64,000 bases of DNA from a bacterium (lineage in GTDB: Bacteria > SAR324 > XYD2-FULL-50-16 > G965216635). The stretch covers positions 704,001-768,000 of the forward strand of contig OZ244188.1 of the NCBI GenBank assembly GCA_965216635.1, read 5' to 3'. This document shows, piece after piece, positions 30,072 through 39,620 of this stretch. Every line of letters begins with the position of its first letter. Positions within the stretch are counted from its first letter, which is position 1. A program made the position numbers and the translations under genes. The notes below the pieces were generated by a model. It was not told the origin of the DNA, made no database searches, and worked only from the letters and a program-made list of their open reading frames with translations.

Positions 30072-31436
30072 TTAACGAAAGCGCCAGATGAATTTTATGC
30101 TAATGCTGGCGGGGTTTTTGATTTCTGCAGTTTGGTGGTGCTCCCTGGTCACAGTTTTTGTAGTGCTGGTAGTCGTTGTTGTGCTCACTTCACTGGGAAT
30201 CGTAGTAACCACTATTCTAGTATCGTAGGGAGAGCTACCACTATAGTTTTCTACCGCCCCATAGTTTTTACTAGGAGTTCCACCTAGCCGGACCAGACCA
30301 AGGATGGCTCTCCTTTGGATAGTAGCACCAACAGTAGTTATAGGAGCAGAAGTAGTAATCGTAGGAGTAGAAATAATCTGGGTATCCTGCACCGCAAGAT
30401 CTAGCCCTAGCCAAAACAAACCTACCTCTACTTGCAAGTTTTTTGTAATGGCTCGGTTGTAGGCAAAATGCAAGGCGGGTGCTGTGCCCGATGCCGATCC
30501 AAAAACTGTGCCTAGCTTTGCGCTCGCTAAACCCCCTCCTACAGAAAGACCGTAGGGTAGAAAGTAACGGGCTAAAAGCACTCGGGCTTGCAGCTTGTCG
30601 TCTCCTGCGCTCCATTGGAGTTGGTTGAAAGACAAGGAGTATTTTTCAAAGTTAAAACCGAACGAGATTCCTGTTCCCTTGAGTTTTGAAGTTTCTTCTG
30701 TGGTTTCTTCTGGTAGTGGTGTTGTGTTGTCTGAGACTGTGCGTGGCATTGAATCAGAAGTAGATAAACCAGACTCAAAAAAAGCTTTACAAAGAGGGAC
30801 TGCTGCAGCTTGATCTGTTGTGCTGTTAATGTTAATGGTTGTTGCTGGTGTATCTATTAAGAGTTGCCTTAGATCACCTGTGAAGTTGTCCGTTGTGGCG
30901 TAGCTAACCAAAGAGACGGTAGGTGCTTCGAATAAACCAGATTCTGGCATCGTAAAGGTGGGTATTGCACCGCTCTGACACAAGGATATAGCATGACCTA
31001 TTGCAGTAGCAACAGTTGCTAGGTTGTCAGGATTACCATCGTTGTCAGGATTTCCACCAAATCTCCACCTGTGGCTTGTGGCATCTGAGTAAAAATTAGG
31101 CACAGTGGCGTCGTAGATAGTAGCAGCTACTACCTCGCTTATTACTTCGCTTTCTACCGTCCTTTCCTCACCTGTTATCCTACTTGTTTTTTTGAGCTTT
31201 ACATCCATCACAAAAGGACTAACACCCACAAACCAACCCTGCTGTCCTGCTTGTTTTCCTGCTTGTTCTCCTTCTTGGGCTTGCAGACTATTCGCCACAC
31301 CTACAAGAGAAAAGACTAAAACCGCTAAAAGCACAGCCTTAAACGAACCTGCAAACCTACCAATAACCGAGCCATTAGCAGTAAAATTTTTACTATTCAT
31401 TTTACCAGTAATTTTACCTATAATTTTATTTGGCAT
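30072..31436 (-). CDS. Putative beta-barrel surface protein (paralog B)
   Basis: Near-identical to 28423-29820 except the N-extension and localized patches. Confidence 0.75.
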   Translation of the reverse strand: MPNKIIGKITGKMNSKNFTANGSVIGRFAGSFKAVLLAVLVFSLVGVANSLQAQEGEQAGKQAGQQGWFVGVSPFVMDVKLKKTSRITGEERTVESEVISEVVAATIYDATVPNFYSDATSHRWRFGGNPDNDGNPDNLATVATAIGHAISLCQSGAIPTFTMPESGLFEAPTVSLVSYATTDNFTGDLRQLLIDTPATTININSTTDQAAAVPLCKAFFESGLSTSDSMPRTVSDNTTPLPEETTEETSKLKGTGISFGFNFEKYSLSFNQLQWSAGDDKLQARVLLARYFLPYGLSVGGGLASAKLGTVFGSASGTAPALHFAYNRAITKNLQVEVGLFWLGLDLAVQDTQIISTPTITTSAPITTVGATIQRRAILGLVRLGGTPSKNYGAVENYSGSSPYDTRIVVTTIPSEVSTTTTTSTTKTVTREHHQTAEIKNPASISIKFIWRFR

Positions 31437-31608
31437 TTTAATTTTTAATTTAATGATTAAACATAAGAAAAATGGATCTTAAATCTATCTAAGAACCATC
31501 TAAAAACCATAGAATATTATAATTCTCCTTTAAAGGCAAGCCTAAAAAATATTTTTTTGATATTTTAATATTTTTGTAGTATATTTAGTATAAAACAAAA
31601 TATTTTTT

Positions 31609-34107
31609 ATGCAACAAATAAAATTTTACCCCTCACTGCTTGCTCCCCTACTACTAGGAGTTGTATTTTTCGCTTTTAATAGCGTCTATAGTTACAATTT
31701 TTACCATGTGAATAGTTTCAAAATAGCCTTTATGGGTTTTTTGATGATATTTCTTTTTGTGATCTATGACCTGCTCTTTGTGGGTTATAAAAAGGTTTGG
31801 AAACACGAAAATATCTCTGCATTTCGTTTTCCTTGGACGGAAGCTGTTTTGTATTTACTGCCAACTTTAGCTACTTTTCCCGGTTTATTTATTCATCTAG
31901 GCGAACATGTTAATTATAATTTCCGCTACGAACTAACCATCAGGTTGGTGATTTTGCTATGGTTAGTCTATGTAATTCGCTTTCTTAAATTAGGAAAAGA
32001 TCTTAATCGCAATATTTTGAGCTTTATAATTTTTATAGGGGCGGTGATGTTTTATGTTTGGTTTTTTGGGGTTTTAGAATCTTATGGTTTTGCTTTCAAT
32101 CCTATAGAAAACTGGAAACACTCCGTATTTGCTAAAAGCGGGGGAGTAGCAAGGATAAAAGTAACCTACGGTAATATCAATTACCTAGCGGGCTCTCTTG
32201 TCTCTGTTTTACCTATGTTTTTAGTGTTGTCTATTCCCGATTTAAAATATAAAACAGAAAAACAAACGGATAGATTTTTTTTCAAAAAACGTTTGCTCCA
32301 TATTCTTTTTCTTGCTTTTTTTCTAGCGACCTTTCACGCACTTTTTTTGACCGTCACCCGTGCTGCTATAGCTGCGAGCGTATTGAGTAATTTAGCTGTT
32401 TTAAGTGTTTTGGCTTGGAGTTTTGTGGCGCAGAAAAGAAAAATTGTCTCTGGTTTTTTGGTTTTATCTGTTTTTATTACAATCATTGTTCTTTTTATAA
32501 CTCTTTCTTTTTTTTACCGAGATGTTCTGGTTACCCATTCAAGGTTTTTTGCTGTTTTTTATCCTGATGTTTGGGGAGGAAGATTTATTGCTTGGGGAGC
32601 GGCTATTCAGGGTTTTTTGAATGCACCTTTTTTTGGTTATGGAATGGGTTCTTCTTATGGTGTATTTTTTCGTTTTATAGACCCTGCCAGTAGAAATTTT
32701 TGGGTACAGAGAAGCTACAATCACGCCCATTCTGAATGGATAGAATATTTAGCAGAAGGAGGAATTTTTGGCTATATTTGTTTTTTTATTCTTTGGGGGT
32801 ATGTTTTTTATCATCTCATTAAAATTTTTTTAAGCCCTCAAGCAAGCTCTTTTCATAAAAGACTAGTATTAGGTTGTGGAGGAGGTATGCTGGGGTTTTA
32901 TTTGCATGGATTTTTTTCTGTATCACAAAGGCAAATCGTCACTCATCTACCTCAATTTGCTATGCTCGCTATTGCCTTTGTCCTAATAGCCTTTTATAAA
33001 GATAAGCTGACAGTAGAATCATCCGTAGAAAAAAAAAATATATTACAGAAACTGATACAAAAATGGCAAACAAGGTGGAATTGTTTTTTGCATTACTTAG
33101 AAAAATATCCATTTCTTAAAAATCAACTTCCCTGTTTTTTGATTATTACTATAGGTGTTATGATTTATTATCCTTGGGCAAAGGGACAAAAGGAGTTTAT
33201 AAAAATCTCTAAAAAAGGACAAAATTATTTAAATACCCTACAACTAGAAAAACTTACCGAAAAATATGAAGATATTTATGCTCTTGATCAACTTCTAAGA
33301 TGGCAGATAAGATATAGAAGATATGATAAAGCCTTAAAAACTATAGATAAAATAGAAAAAACTTTACCGCATTATCGCATTACAGATTTTTTAAAGGCTG
33401 ATATTCATTTTAGGCAGAAAAAATTTAAAGAAGCCTTTGAATTTACTCAAACCTACAGTAAACAAGATAATTATTTTTTGCCAAATCTATCCCTGAATAA
33501 TAAATTAGCTATAGCTTTTAATAAACCAGATGTTTATCTGCAGAATTTGAATTATATTGCTCAAATGAATAATCCTGTTTGGAATCCAAATCTTAGAAGA
33601 AAGTCTAGAGAATTTTATCAATTCCAATTTATTATTGATAATAGACAAAAAAATAATATCTCTATAAGAGAAAGAAAAGATGAAAAAAATGCGATAGAAA
33701 TTTTTTTCTCAGCAAATTTTTTCTTTAAAGATTTTTTTCCATTGGCGCTTGAGATAGAACGAACTCAAAACAAGAAAAAACGGCAACAATTAGCCTCTAG
33801 GTTGATCTCACGATTTAATTTTGAGCTTTTTAAAACTGCTTTAAATTGCCAGTTTCAAAAAGAGGATACAGGTGACAAAAGTAAATTTTTCTGTAAGGGA
33901 GGTTTTATTAAAATTGATCCTGTAGATTCTAGTCCAGAAAATGCAAATAAGGTTTTGCCATTTTTGTCTGGAGTTTTTCAGCAATTGGATCCTAATTTAA
34001 AAGATTCTGAAAATGAAGCTATTTTTAAAAATTGGGGGCATATAAAGGGAAGAGTTCTCTTTCTTAAGCAAATTGTGAAAAATTACCGCATTGTTTTGTT
34101 GTTATAG
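31609..34107 (+). CDS. O-antigen ligase / O-oligosaccharyltransferase (Wzy_C) family protein with TPR-like C-terminal region
   Basis: TYGNINYLAG, LTVTRAA, GRFIAW..AI..F..APFFGYGMGS, HAHSEWIEYLAEGGIFG. Confidence 0.85.
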   Translation: MQQIKFYPSLLAPLLLGVVFFAFNSVYSYNFYHVNSFKIAFMGFLMIFLFVIYDLLFVGYKKVWKHENISAFRFPWTEAVLYLLPTLATFPGLFIHLGEHVNYNFRYELTIRLVILLWLVYVIRFLKLGKDLNRNILSFIIFIGAVMFYVWFFGVLESYGFAFNPIENWKHSVFAKSGGVARIKVTYGNINYLAGSLVSVLPMFLVLSIPDLKYKTEKQTDRFFFKKRLLHILFLAFFLATFHALFLTVTRAAIAASVLSNLAVLSVLAWSFVAQKRKIVSGFLVLSVFITIIVLFITLSFFYRDVLVTHSRFFAVFYPDVWGGRFIAWGAAIQGFLNAPFFGYGMGSSYGVFFRFIDPASRNFWVQRSYNHAHSEWIEYLAEGGIFGYICFFILWGYVFYHLIKIFLSPQASSFHKRLVLGCGGGMLGFYLHGFFSVSQRQIVTHLPQFAMLAIAFVLIAFYKDKLTVESSVEKKNILQKLIQKWQTRWNCFLHYLEKYPFLKNQLPCFLIITIGVMIYYPWAKGQKEFIKISKKGQNYLNTLQLEKLTEKYEDIYALDQLLRWQIRYRRYDKALKTIDKIEKTLPHYRITDFLKADIHFRQKKFKEAFEFTQTYSKQDNYFLPNLSLNNKLAIAFNKPDVYLQNLNYIAQMNNPVWNPNLRRKSREFYQFQFIIDNRQKNNISIRERKDEKNAIEIFFSANFFFKDFFPLALEIERTQNKKKRQQLASRLISRFNFELFKTALNCQFQKEDTGDKSKFFCKGGFIKIDPVDSSPENANKVLPFLSGVFQQLDPNLKDSENEAIFKNWGHIKGRVLFLKQIVKNYRIVLLL

Positions 34108-34116
34108 AGAAAAATG

Positions 34117-34190
34117 CGAGGCGTAGCGCAGCCCGGTAGCGCACATGTCTGGGGGACATGGGGTCGTGGGTTCAAATCCCGCCGCCTCGA
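34117..34190 (+). tRNA. tRNA-Pro (GGG), CCA not encoded
   Basis: CGAGGCG/CGCCTCG acceptor stem, CATGT-CTGGGGG-ACATG anticodon arm, GGTTCAAATCC T-arm. Confidence 0.97.
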
Positions 34191-34266
34191 TTGGTTTGAA
34201 AATATTGAAGATACGATGGAATTCGTTATGTGACGGGCGTGATTACAACTTAAATTTAAAATAAAT

Positions 34267-34479
34267 TAGACTTTTGAATTTGCTTGTCTAGTTTAACCTA
34301 TGCAGCGTTGAAAATTTTTTTTAATTCTTGAAATACTTGAGTATTACGCTGGGTTCATCGTTGGGAGCTAAAAATTTTTTTTTTGCACCTGTTATAACCA
34401 TTTGGCTAACCGTCACAGCTAGTTTTATTCTATTTGGCAAATTCAAAGGTCTATTCTATTTGGCAAATTCAAAAGCCTA
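34267..34479 (+). mobile_element. Modular MITE-like element copy with duplicated right end
   Basis: TAGACTTTTGAATTTGC...GCAAATTCAAAGGTCTA (to 34453) followed by a second TTCTATTTGGCAAATTCAAAAGCCTA. Confidence 0.85.
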
Positions 34480-34506
34480 ACTAATCTATTATATTAAGGA
34501 GGAAGT

Positions 34507-37242
34507 ATGATAAAATACATAATCAAACGCAATGGAGCCACTGTTTCATTTGATACAACAAGGATTTCCAAAGCTATTTTTAAAGCAGCACAGGCAGTAG
34601 GAGGAAGTGATGCTCAAATCTCACTACAACTTGCTGAAAAAGTAGTTCAAGCTATCCAAGAAAACTACGAAAATAAAACTCCTACTGTAGAGGGAGTTCA
34701 AGATATTGTTGAAGAAATCCTAATAAAAGAAGGACACGCAAAGACTGCTAAAGCGTATATTTTATACCGCTCTGAAAAAACAAAACTTCGCAATCAAAAA
34801 AGACAAGAAGTATTAGATAAAATCAACAAACACGAAGCAAGAGTTATTTTAGAAGATGGTTCTGAAGTAGATTTTGATAGCGATAGTATGCTCCATAAAC
34901 TAGAAACTATCGCAAATGATTTAAGAGAAGTAGATTGTAAAGAGTTGTTTTTGGAAGCCTGTTCTCATCTATACAACGGCATCTATTTTAGAGAATTAGA
35001 AGCTTCTTTAATCAATGCTGCTAGGGGAAAAATAGAGATTAGCATAGACTATTCTTATCTAGCCGCAAGACTTCTTTTAGAAAAAATCTATACTCCAGTG
35101 CTAAATCTATCTTTTATCAATCAAAAAAAATTTGCACAAAACTACCGAGAATCTTTTTCCCAATATCTTGAAAAAGGATTGGCAGATGGGCAGTTAAACA
35201 AAAAACTAGAAAATTTTGATTTAAAAGAAATCCAAAGTCATCTCATGCCCGAAAGGGATTTATTATTCCAATACAGAGGATTACAAACGATTCACGATAG
35301 ATACCTACTCAAAACAACTAGTCAAAAACAAGAGATTTTTGAGCTACCACAGTATCTTTGGATGAGAATAGCCATGGGTTTAGCTTTAGCTGAAAAAGAA
35401 AATAGAACAAAATACGCCATTGATTTTTACAATAGTATTTCTCAAATGGATTATATTCCATCAACTCCTACTCTTTTTAATGCTGCGACAACTCATCCAC
35501 AACTTTCTTCTTGTTTTTTAAATACAGTTTCCGATTCTTTAGACGGTATTTTTAAAAGCTATGCTGATAATGCTCAGCTTTCAAAATATGCTGGAGGTAT
35601 TGGAACAGATTGGACTTCTGTGCGCTCTTTGGGCTCTAGGATTGTAGGTACCAACGGAAATAGTCAAGGAATTATCCCTTTTTTAAAGATATTCAACGAT
35701 GTTGCAGTAGCTGTCAATCAAGGAGGTAAAAGAAAAGGAGCTATGTGCGCCTACCTTGAACTTTGGCACGGAGATATAGAAGAATTTTTAGAATCCAAAA
35801 AAAATACAGGGGATGAAAGAAGAAGATTGCACGATGTACATACTGCTGTTTGGATACCTGATTTATTTATGAAAAGACTAGAGCAAGACGGACAATGGTC
35901 TTTTTTTTCTCCCACAGAAGTTCCAGAATTACACGATCTCTACGGGGTAGAATTTGAAAAAAAATATCAAGAGTACGAAGCACAAAATCTTGCTTCTGAA
36001 AAAAAAGTATCCGCTCGTTTTCTGTGGAAAAAAATCTTAACTATGCTCTTTGAGACTGGACATCCTTGGATTACTTTCAAAGATGCCTGCAATATTAGAA
36101 ATCCTCAGGATCATACAGGTGTAATTCATAACTCTAATCTTTGCACTGAAATTACGCTTAATAATTCAGCAGACGAAACTGCGGTTTGTAATCTAGGTTC
36201 TCTCAACCTAGCCCGTATGATAGAAGACGGGGGAATCAATGAAAAAAAGCTAAAAAATACTGTTTTCCAATCAATCCGAATGCTAGACAATGTTATTGAT
36301 ATTAACTACTACCCTACTAAAGAAGCAAAAAATTCTAATAGTAGACACAGACCGATAGGTTTAGGCGTAATGGGCTATCAAGACGCTTTATTTCAATTGG
36401 ATATTCCTTTTGCCTCTGATGAACAGGTAGAATTTGCTGATAAATTAGCAGAAAAAATATCTTACTATGCAATTCAAGCATCCAACGAGCTTGCCGCAGA
36501 AAAAGGCTCTTATAGTAGTTTTAAAGGCTCTAAATGGGATAGAGGTCTGCTACCTCTGGATACCTACAAATTATTATCTCAAACTAGAGGAGGACTTTTA
36601 GAATACGATGATTCTTCTACTATGGATTGGGATGCTTTAAAACAAAAGATCAAGGAAAATGGTATGAGAAATTCTAATTGTATGGCAATAGCTCCCACAG
36701 CGACTATTTCTAACATTGCAGGCACGGTGCCTTGTATTGAGCCTATTTTCCGCAATATTTACACTAAGGAAAACACCGATGGCTCTTTTATTGTTATCAA
36801 CCACTACTTAATGGAAGAGCTAAAAGAAAAAGGAATTTGGACAAAAGAGCTAGTAAATAAAATTAAATTTTATGACGGCTCACTCGCCAAAATTGAAGAA
36901 TTGCCTGAATGGATAAAACAAAAATATCAGGAAGTTTTTGAAATTGATTCCTTATGGTTATTGAAAGGAGCTGCTAGAAGAAATAAATGGATAGATCAAA
37001 GTCAATCTCTCAATGTTTTTGTTTCCAATACTAGCGGTAAAGCCCTAAGCGATGTCTACCAAGCAGCTTGGCAACTTGGCTTAAAAACTACCTACTATTT
37101 GCGTTCCTTGAGTATCACACAAATAGACAAAACCATAGAAATCAACACCCAAAGTAAAGAAGCAGAACCAATGCAGTCTTTTGCTACAAAAGATGCTGTT
37201 GCGGATGCTATAGATAAATCTACTTGCGAAGTTTGCCAGTAA
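34507..37242 (+). CDS. nrdA: Class I ribonucleoside-diphosphate reductase alpha subunit with two N-terminal ATP-cone-like domains
   Basis: IIKRNG ATP cone, PSTPTLFNA, QLSSCFL, NQGGKRKGA, SNLCTEI, AVCNLGS, APTATIS, KTTYYLR, C-terminal CEVCQ; AAGGAGG RBS. Confidence 0.97.
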   Translation: MIKYIIKRNGATVSFDTTRISKAIFKAAQAVGGSDAQISLQLAEKVVQAIQENYENKTPTVEGVQDIVEEILIKEGHAKTAKAYILYRSEKTKLRNQKRQEVLDKINKHEARVILEDGSEVDFDSDSMLHKLETIANDLREVDCKELFLEACSHLYNGIYFRELEASLINAARGKIEISIDYSYLAARLLLEKIYTPVLNLSFINQKKFAQNYRESFSQYLEKGLADGQLNKKLENFDLKEIQSHLMPERDLLFQYRGLQTIHDRYLLKTTSQKQEIFELPQYLWMRIAMGLALAEKENRTKYAIDFYNSISQMDYIPSTPTLFNAATTHPQLSSCFLNTVSDSLDGIFKSYADNAQLSKYAGGIGTDWTSVRSLGSRIVGTNGNSQGIIPFLKIFNDVAVAVNQGGKRKGAMCAYLELWHGDIEEFLESKKNTGDERRRLHDVHTAVWIPDLFMKRLEQDGQWSFFSPTEVPELHDLYGVEFEKKYQEYEAQNLASEKKVSARFLWKKILTMLFETGHPWITFKDACNIRNPQDHTGVIHNSNLCTEITLNNSADETAVCNLGSLNLARMIEDGGINEKKLKNTVFQSIRMLDNVIDINYYPTKEAKNSNSRHRPIGLGVMGYQDALFQLDIPFASDEQVEFADKLAEKISYYAIQASNELAAEKGSYSSFKGSKWDRGLLPLDTYKLLSQTRGGLLEYDDSSTMDWDALKQKIKENGMRNSNCMAIAPTATISNIAGTVPCIEPIFRNIYTKENTDGSFIVINHYLMEELKEKGIWTKELVNKIKFYDGSLAKIEELPEWIKQKYQEVFEIDSLWLLKGAARRNKWIDQSQSLNVFVSNTSGKALSDVYQAAWQLGLKTTYYLRSLSITQIDKTIEINTQSKEAEPMQSFATKDAVADAIDKSTCEVCQ

Positions 37243-37402
37243 GGTTTACCTAGTAGCCCAATAATTTTTCCAGTAATATTTCCAGTAGCCCAATAATTTT
37301 TCCAGTAATATTACCTAGTAGCCCATTAATTTTACCTAGCAGTTGCTTTAAAACACGATTCAGTCAAAAGGAGCAATATTGTTTTGCTCCTTTTTTTTTA
37401 TT
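37147..37402 (+). repeat. Direct repeat copy 1: nrdA last c. 31 codons + short-unit VNTR + terminator
   Basis: Matches 39277-39620. Confidence 0.95.
37366..37399 (+). terminator. Rho-independent terminator of nrdA
   Basis: AAAAGGAGCAA-loop-TTGCTCCTTTTTTTTT. Confidence 0.85.
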
Positions 37403-37474
37403 TTTATTTTCTATAAAATAATTTTCAAAAATATTACAATTCATGGGCTATATGAATTTTATTAAAACTAAAAA

Positions 37475-37906
37475 ATGAAAAATAAAGTTTATTTTAAAAA
37501 TTCACAAGATATGTCAGAAGTTCCAGATAATTTTGTAAATTTGGTTGTAACCTCTCCACCTTATTTTACTACTAAAAATTATTCTAAAGACGGTTACCAA
37601 AATATTACTCATTCAAAAAAAATAGAAAAACAATTAGGTGATATAAGTGACTATAGTCAGTTCATAGCAGAATTATTAAAGGTATGGCAGGAATGTGAAA
37701 GAGTTTTAAAACCAAATGGGAAATTGGTTATTAATACACCACTAGTGCCAATGGTAAAAAAAAATTATAGCACTCATTACAACAGGCATATTTTTGATTT
37801 AAACTCTGATATTCAACAATCTATATTGCAACAACACTCAAGTGAAATGTTTTTGTATGATGTTTTTATTTGGAATAGAATTAATACTAGCAAAAATTTA
37901 ATGTAG
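37475..37906 (+). pseudogene. Truncated N4/N6 (beta-class) DNA methyltransferase, N-terminal part
   Basis: VNLVVTSPPY catalytic motif, ECERVLKPNGKL, FIWNR; stops at 143 aa with no FxGxG motif. Confidence 0.85.
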
Positions 37907-37933
37907 ATTATGAATTTAAATAGGAATTAAAAA

Positions 37934-38155
37934 ATGGAAATACTAAAAAAACCAAATGTTGAAACTAATTGGATATGTCCGATTTGTAAAACAGCTGAAA
38001 CAAAAGAAGTAGTATTAATAGAAATTGATAGTTATAACGATAAAAATAAGCAGATCAAGCAAATTCATTTATGTTGTTTAGATTTGAGGATACAACGAAA
38101 GTATTTAGGGGAAGCAGATTTAATTTATCAAACTATAGAGTCAAGTAGAAATTAA
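37934..38155 (+). CDS. Small hypothetical Cys-rich protein
   Basis: WICPICK ... HLCC; possible zinc ligands. Confidence 0.55.
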   Translation: MEILKKPNVETNWICPICKTAETKEVVLIEIDSYNDKNKQIKQIHLCCLDLRIQRKYLGEADLIYQTIESSRN

Positions 38156-38173
38156 AAAAAGGAATAGAAAATT

Positions 38174-39148
38174 ATGAGTAGAAAAACGAGTTTAGAGATT
38201 AAACTGATAAAAAAAGAAGTTCTAGATTTAATAAAAGGTAATTTTACCATTGAGGAAATGAAACAGTTTGGTAAAAATATTTATAAAATTAATGAAAAAA
38301 ATATAATATTTGATTTAGTTTATGCAAGTCTAAATAGAAATCAATATTTTTTTGGAATAGAAAAAGAACAATTAGAAGAATTATATAAAGAAACAAGAAA
38401 TTATTATCATATCTTTATTTGTGGAAATAAAAAACAATGCTTTTTTATACCAATTTCTTTGTTAATTGAAATATTAAAAGATAGTAAAGCAACACAACAT
38501 AAAGGATTCAGGCAATATAAACCAATAATTATGTTTAGAAATGGGAGATGGATTGTAAGAAGTTTTGGGCGGTATGATATTACAAATTATCTCAATCAAT
38601 ATAAATTATTAAATGAAAATATTGATAAAACTATTATTCCTAAAGCAAATATTGAAATTAAAAATGAAACCATTAATGAAAAAATTAAAAATATAGCTAA
38701 AGAAACTGATTTAAAAAATATAGATATACACAAAACTATTATAAATATGTTAAAAAAAATTGGGGAATGGGAAAATTTTGATGTATTAACAGAACAAAAA
38801 CCAAAAGGGTTTGATGATTTTCCATATAATCCTGATTGTTTGTGGTATAAAAATAATGATTTATTTTTGGCAATTGAGGTTTGTAATAAAGGCAGTATTG
38901 AAAAAGATAAAGATTCTTTAAAGCAGTTAAAAACATTAGGAGCAAGAAAAGTAGTAATAGTTTCAAGTATTGATAAATTGGAAAGAGTACGAAAATTATT
39001 TATGTATAATGGAGAAATAAAATCGTGGACAGAGTTTTGGAGTTTTGAAAGAATTTTACAGCTATATGATGATGGAGAAAAATTTTTTAATAATTTTAAT
39101 AAATTTAAAAACTATTCTTATAATGAAAATATTTTGGAGTATTTATAA
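38174..39148 (+). CDS. Hypothetical protein with C-terminal PD-(D/E)xK-like nuclease motif (putative restriction endonuclease)
   Basis: 324 aa AT-rich ORF; TEQK...NPDCLW...LAIEVCNK. Confidence 0.55.
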   Translation: MSRKTSLEIKLIKKEVLDLIKGNFTIEEMKQFGKNIYKINEKNIIFDLVYASLNRNQYFFGIEKEQLEELYKETRNYYHIFICGNKKQCFFIPISLLIEILKDSKATQHKGFRQYKPIIMFRNGRWIVRSFGRYDITNYLNQYKLLNENIDKTIIPKANIEIKNETINEKIKNIAKETDLKNIDIHKTIINMLKKIGEWENFDVLTEQKPKGFDDFPYNPDCLWYKNNDLFLAIEVCNKGSIEKDKDSLKQLKTLGARKVVIVSSIDKLERVRKLFMYNGEIKSWTEFWSFERILQLYDDGEKFFNNFNKFKNYSYNENILEYL

Positions 39149-39150
39149 AA

Positions 39151-39222
39151 TTAAAACGAAAATTTATCGGTTGTGAGCAAGATAAAAAATACTACCAGCT
39201 TGCTCTTAAAAATTTTATTTAA
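39151..39222 (+). pseudogene. C-terminal remnant of an N4/N6 DNA methyltransferase
   Basis: Own translation LKRKFIGCEQDKKYYQLALKNFI*, matching the LxRxFIGxExxxxY tail of this family. Confidence 0.7.
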
Positions 39223-39276
39223 CCAAAAAAAAATTCTTTTGGAAATGCCAAATAAAAAGCAGTTTTATCTCAACTT

Positions 39277-39620
39277 ACCCAAAGCAAAGAAGCAGAACCA
39301 ATGCAGTCTTTTGCTACAAAAGATGCTGTTGCGGATGCTATAGATAAATCTACCTGCGAAGTTTGCCAGTAAGGTTTACCTAGTAGCCCAATAATTTTTC
39401 CAGTAATTTTGCCAGTAGCCCAATAATTTTTCCAGTAATATTACCAGTAAGGTTTACCAGTAATATTGCCAGTAGCCCAATAATTTTTCCAATAATATTG
39501 CCAGTAAGGTTTACCAGTAATATTTCCAGTAAGGTTTACCAGTAATTTCACCTAGCAGTTGCTTTAAAACACGATTCAGTCAAAAGGAACAATATTGTTT
39601 TGCTCCTTTTTTTTTTATTT
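39277..39620 (+). repeat. Direct repeat copy 2 of the nrdA 3' end + expanded VNTR + terminator
   Basis: ACCCAAAGCAAAGAAGCAGAACC...GTTTGCCAGTAA, two mismatches seen versus the nrdA coding part; terminator repeated at about 39582-39616. Confidence 0.95.

Larger units (their letters stand above)
28325..31535. repeat. Recent tandem duplication, about 1.6 kb units 28325-29924 and 29975-31535
   Basis: Near-identical CDS, downstream region (GAAAAAAAAACATCCCCTACAGG...) and upstream region (...ATAATTCTCCTTTAAAG). Confidence 0.95.

Noticed and set aside
28625..30615. Duplicated 114-aa alternative-frame ORFs (28625-28969, 30271-30615) and antisense ORFs in the paralogs
   Set aside because: Shadows of the duplicated, GC-richer CDSs with no independent support.
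28423..31436. Diversity-generating retroelement (TR/VR pair) explaining the near-identical copies
   Set aside because: No reverse transcriptase in the window; both copies are full genes and differences include indels and block replacements rather than adenine-specific substitutions.
34190..34270. tRNA-Pro as integration site of the defence island
   Set aside because: No duplicated tRNA 3' end or integrase seen, and nrdA lies between the tRNA and the island.
34480..34506. NrdR box upstream of nrdA
   Set aside because: No convincing match by eye; the upstream region is occupied by the repeat element.
39245..39343. Small ORF MPNKKQFYLNLPKAKKQ... over the second nrdA repeat
   Set aside because: Out of frame with the nrdA tail, only 32 codons, no other support.
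37243..39550. Short repeats after nrdA as a CRISPR array or iterons
   Set aside because: Units are 9-13 bp, contiguous and degenerate, with no unique spacers and no rep gene.
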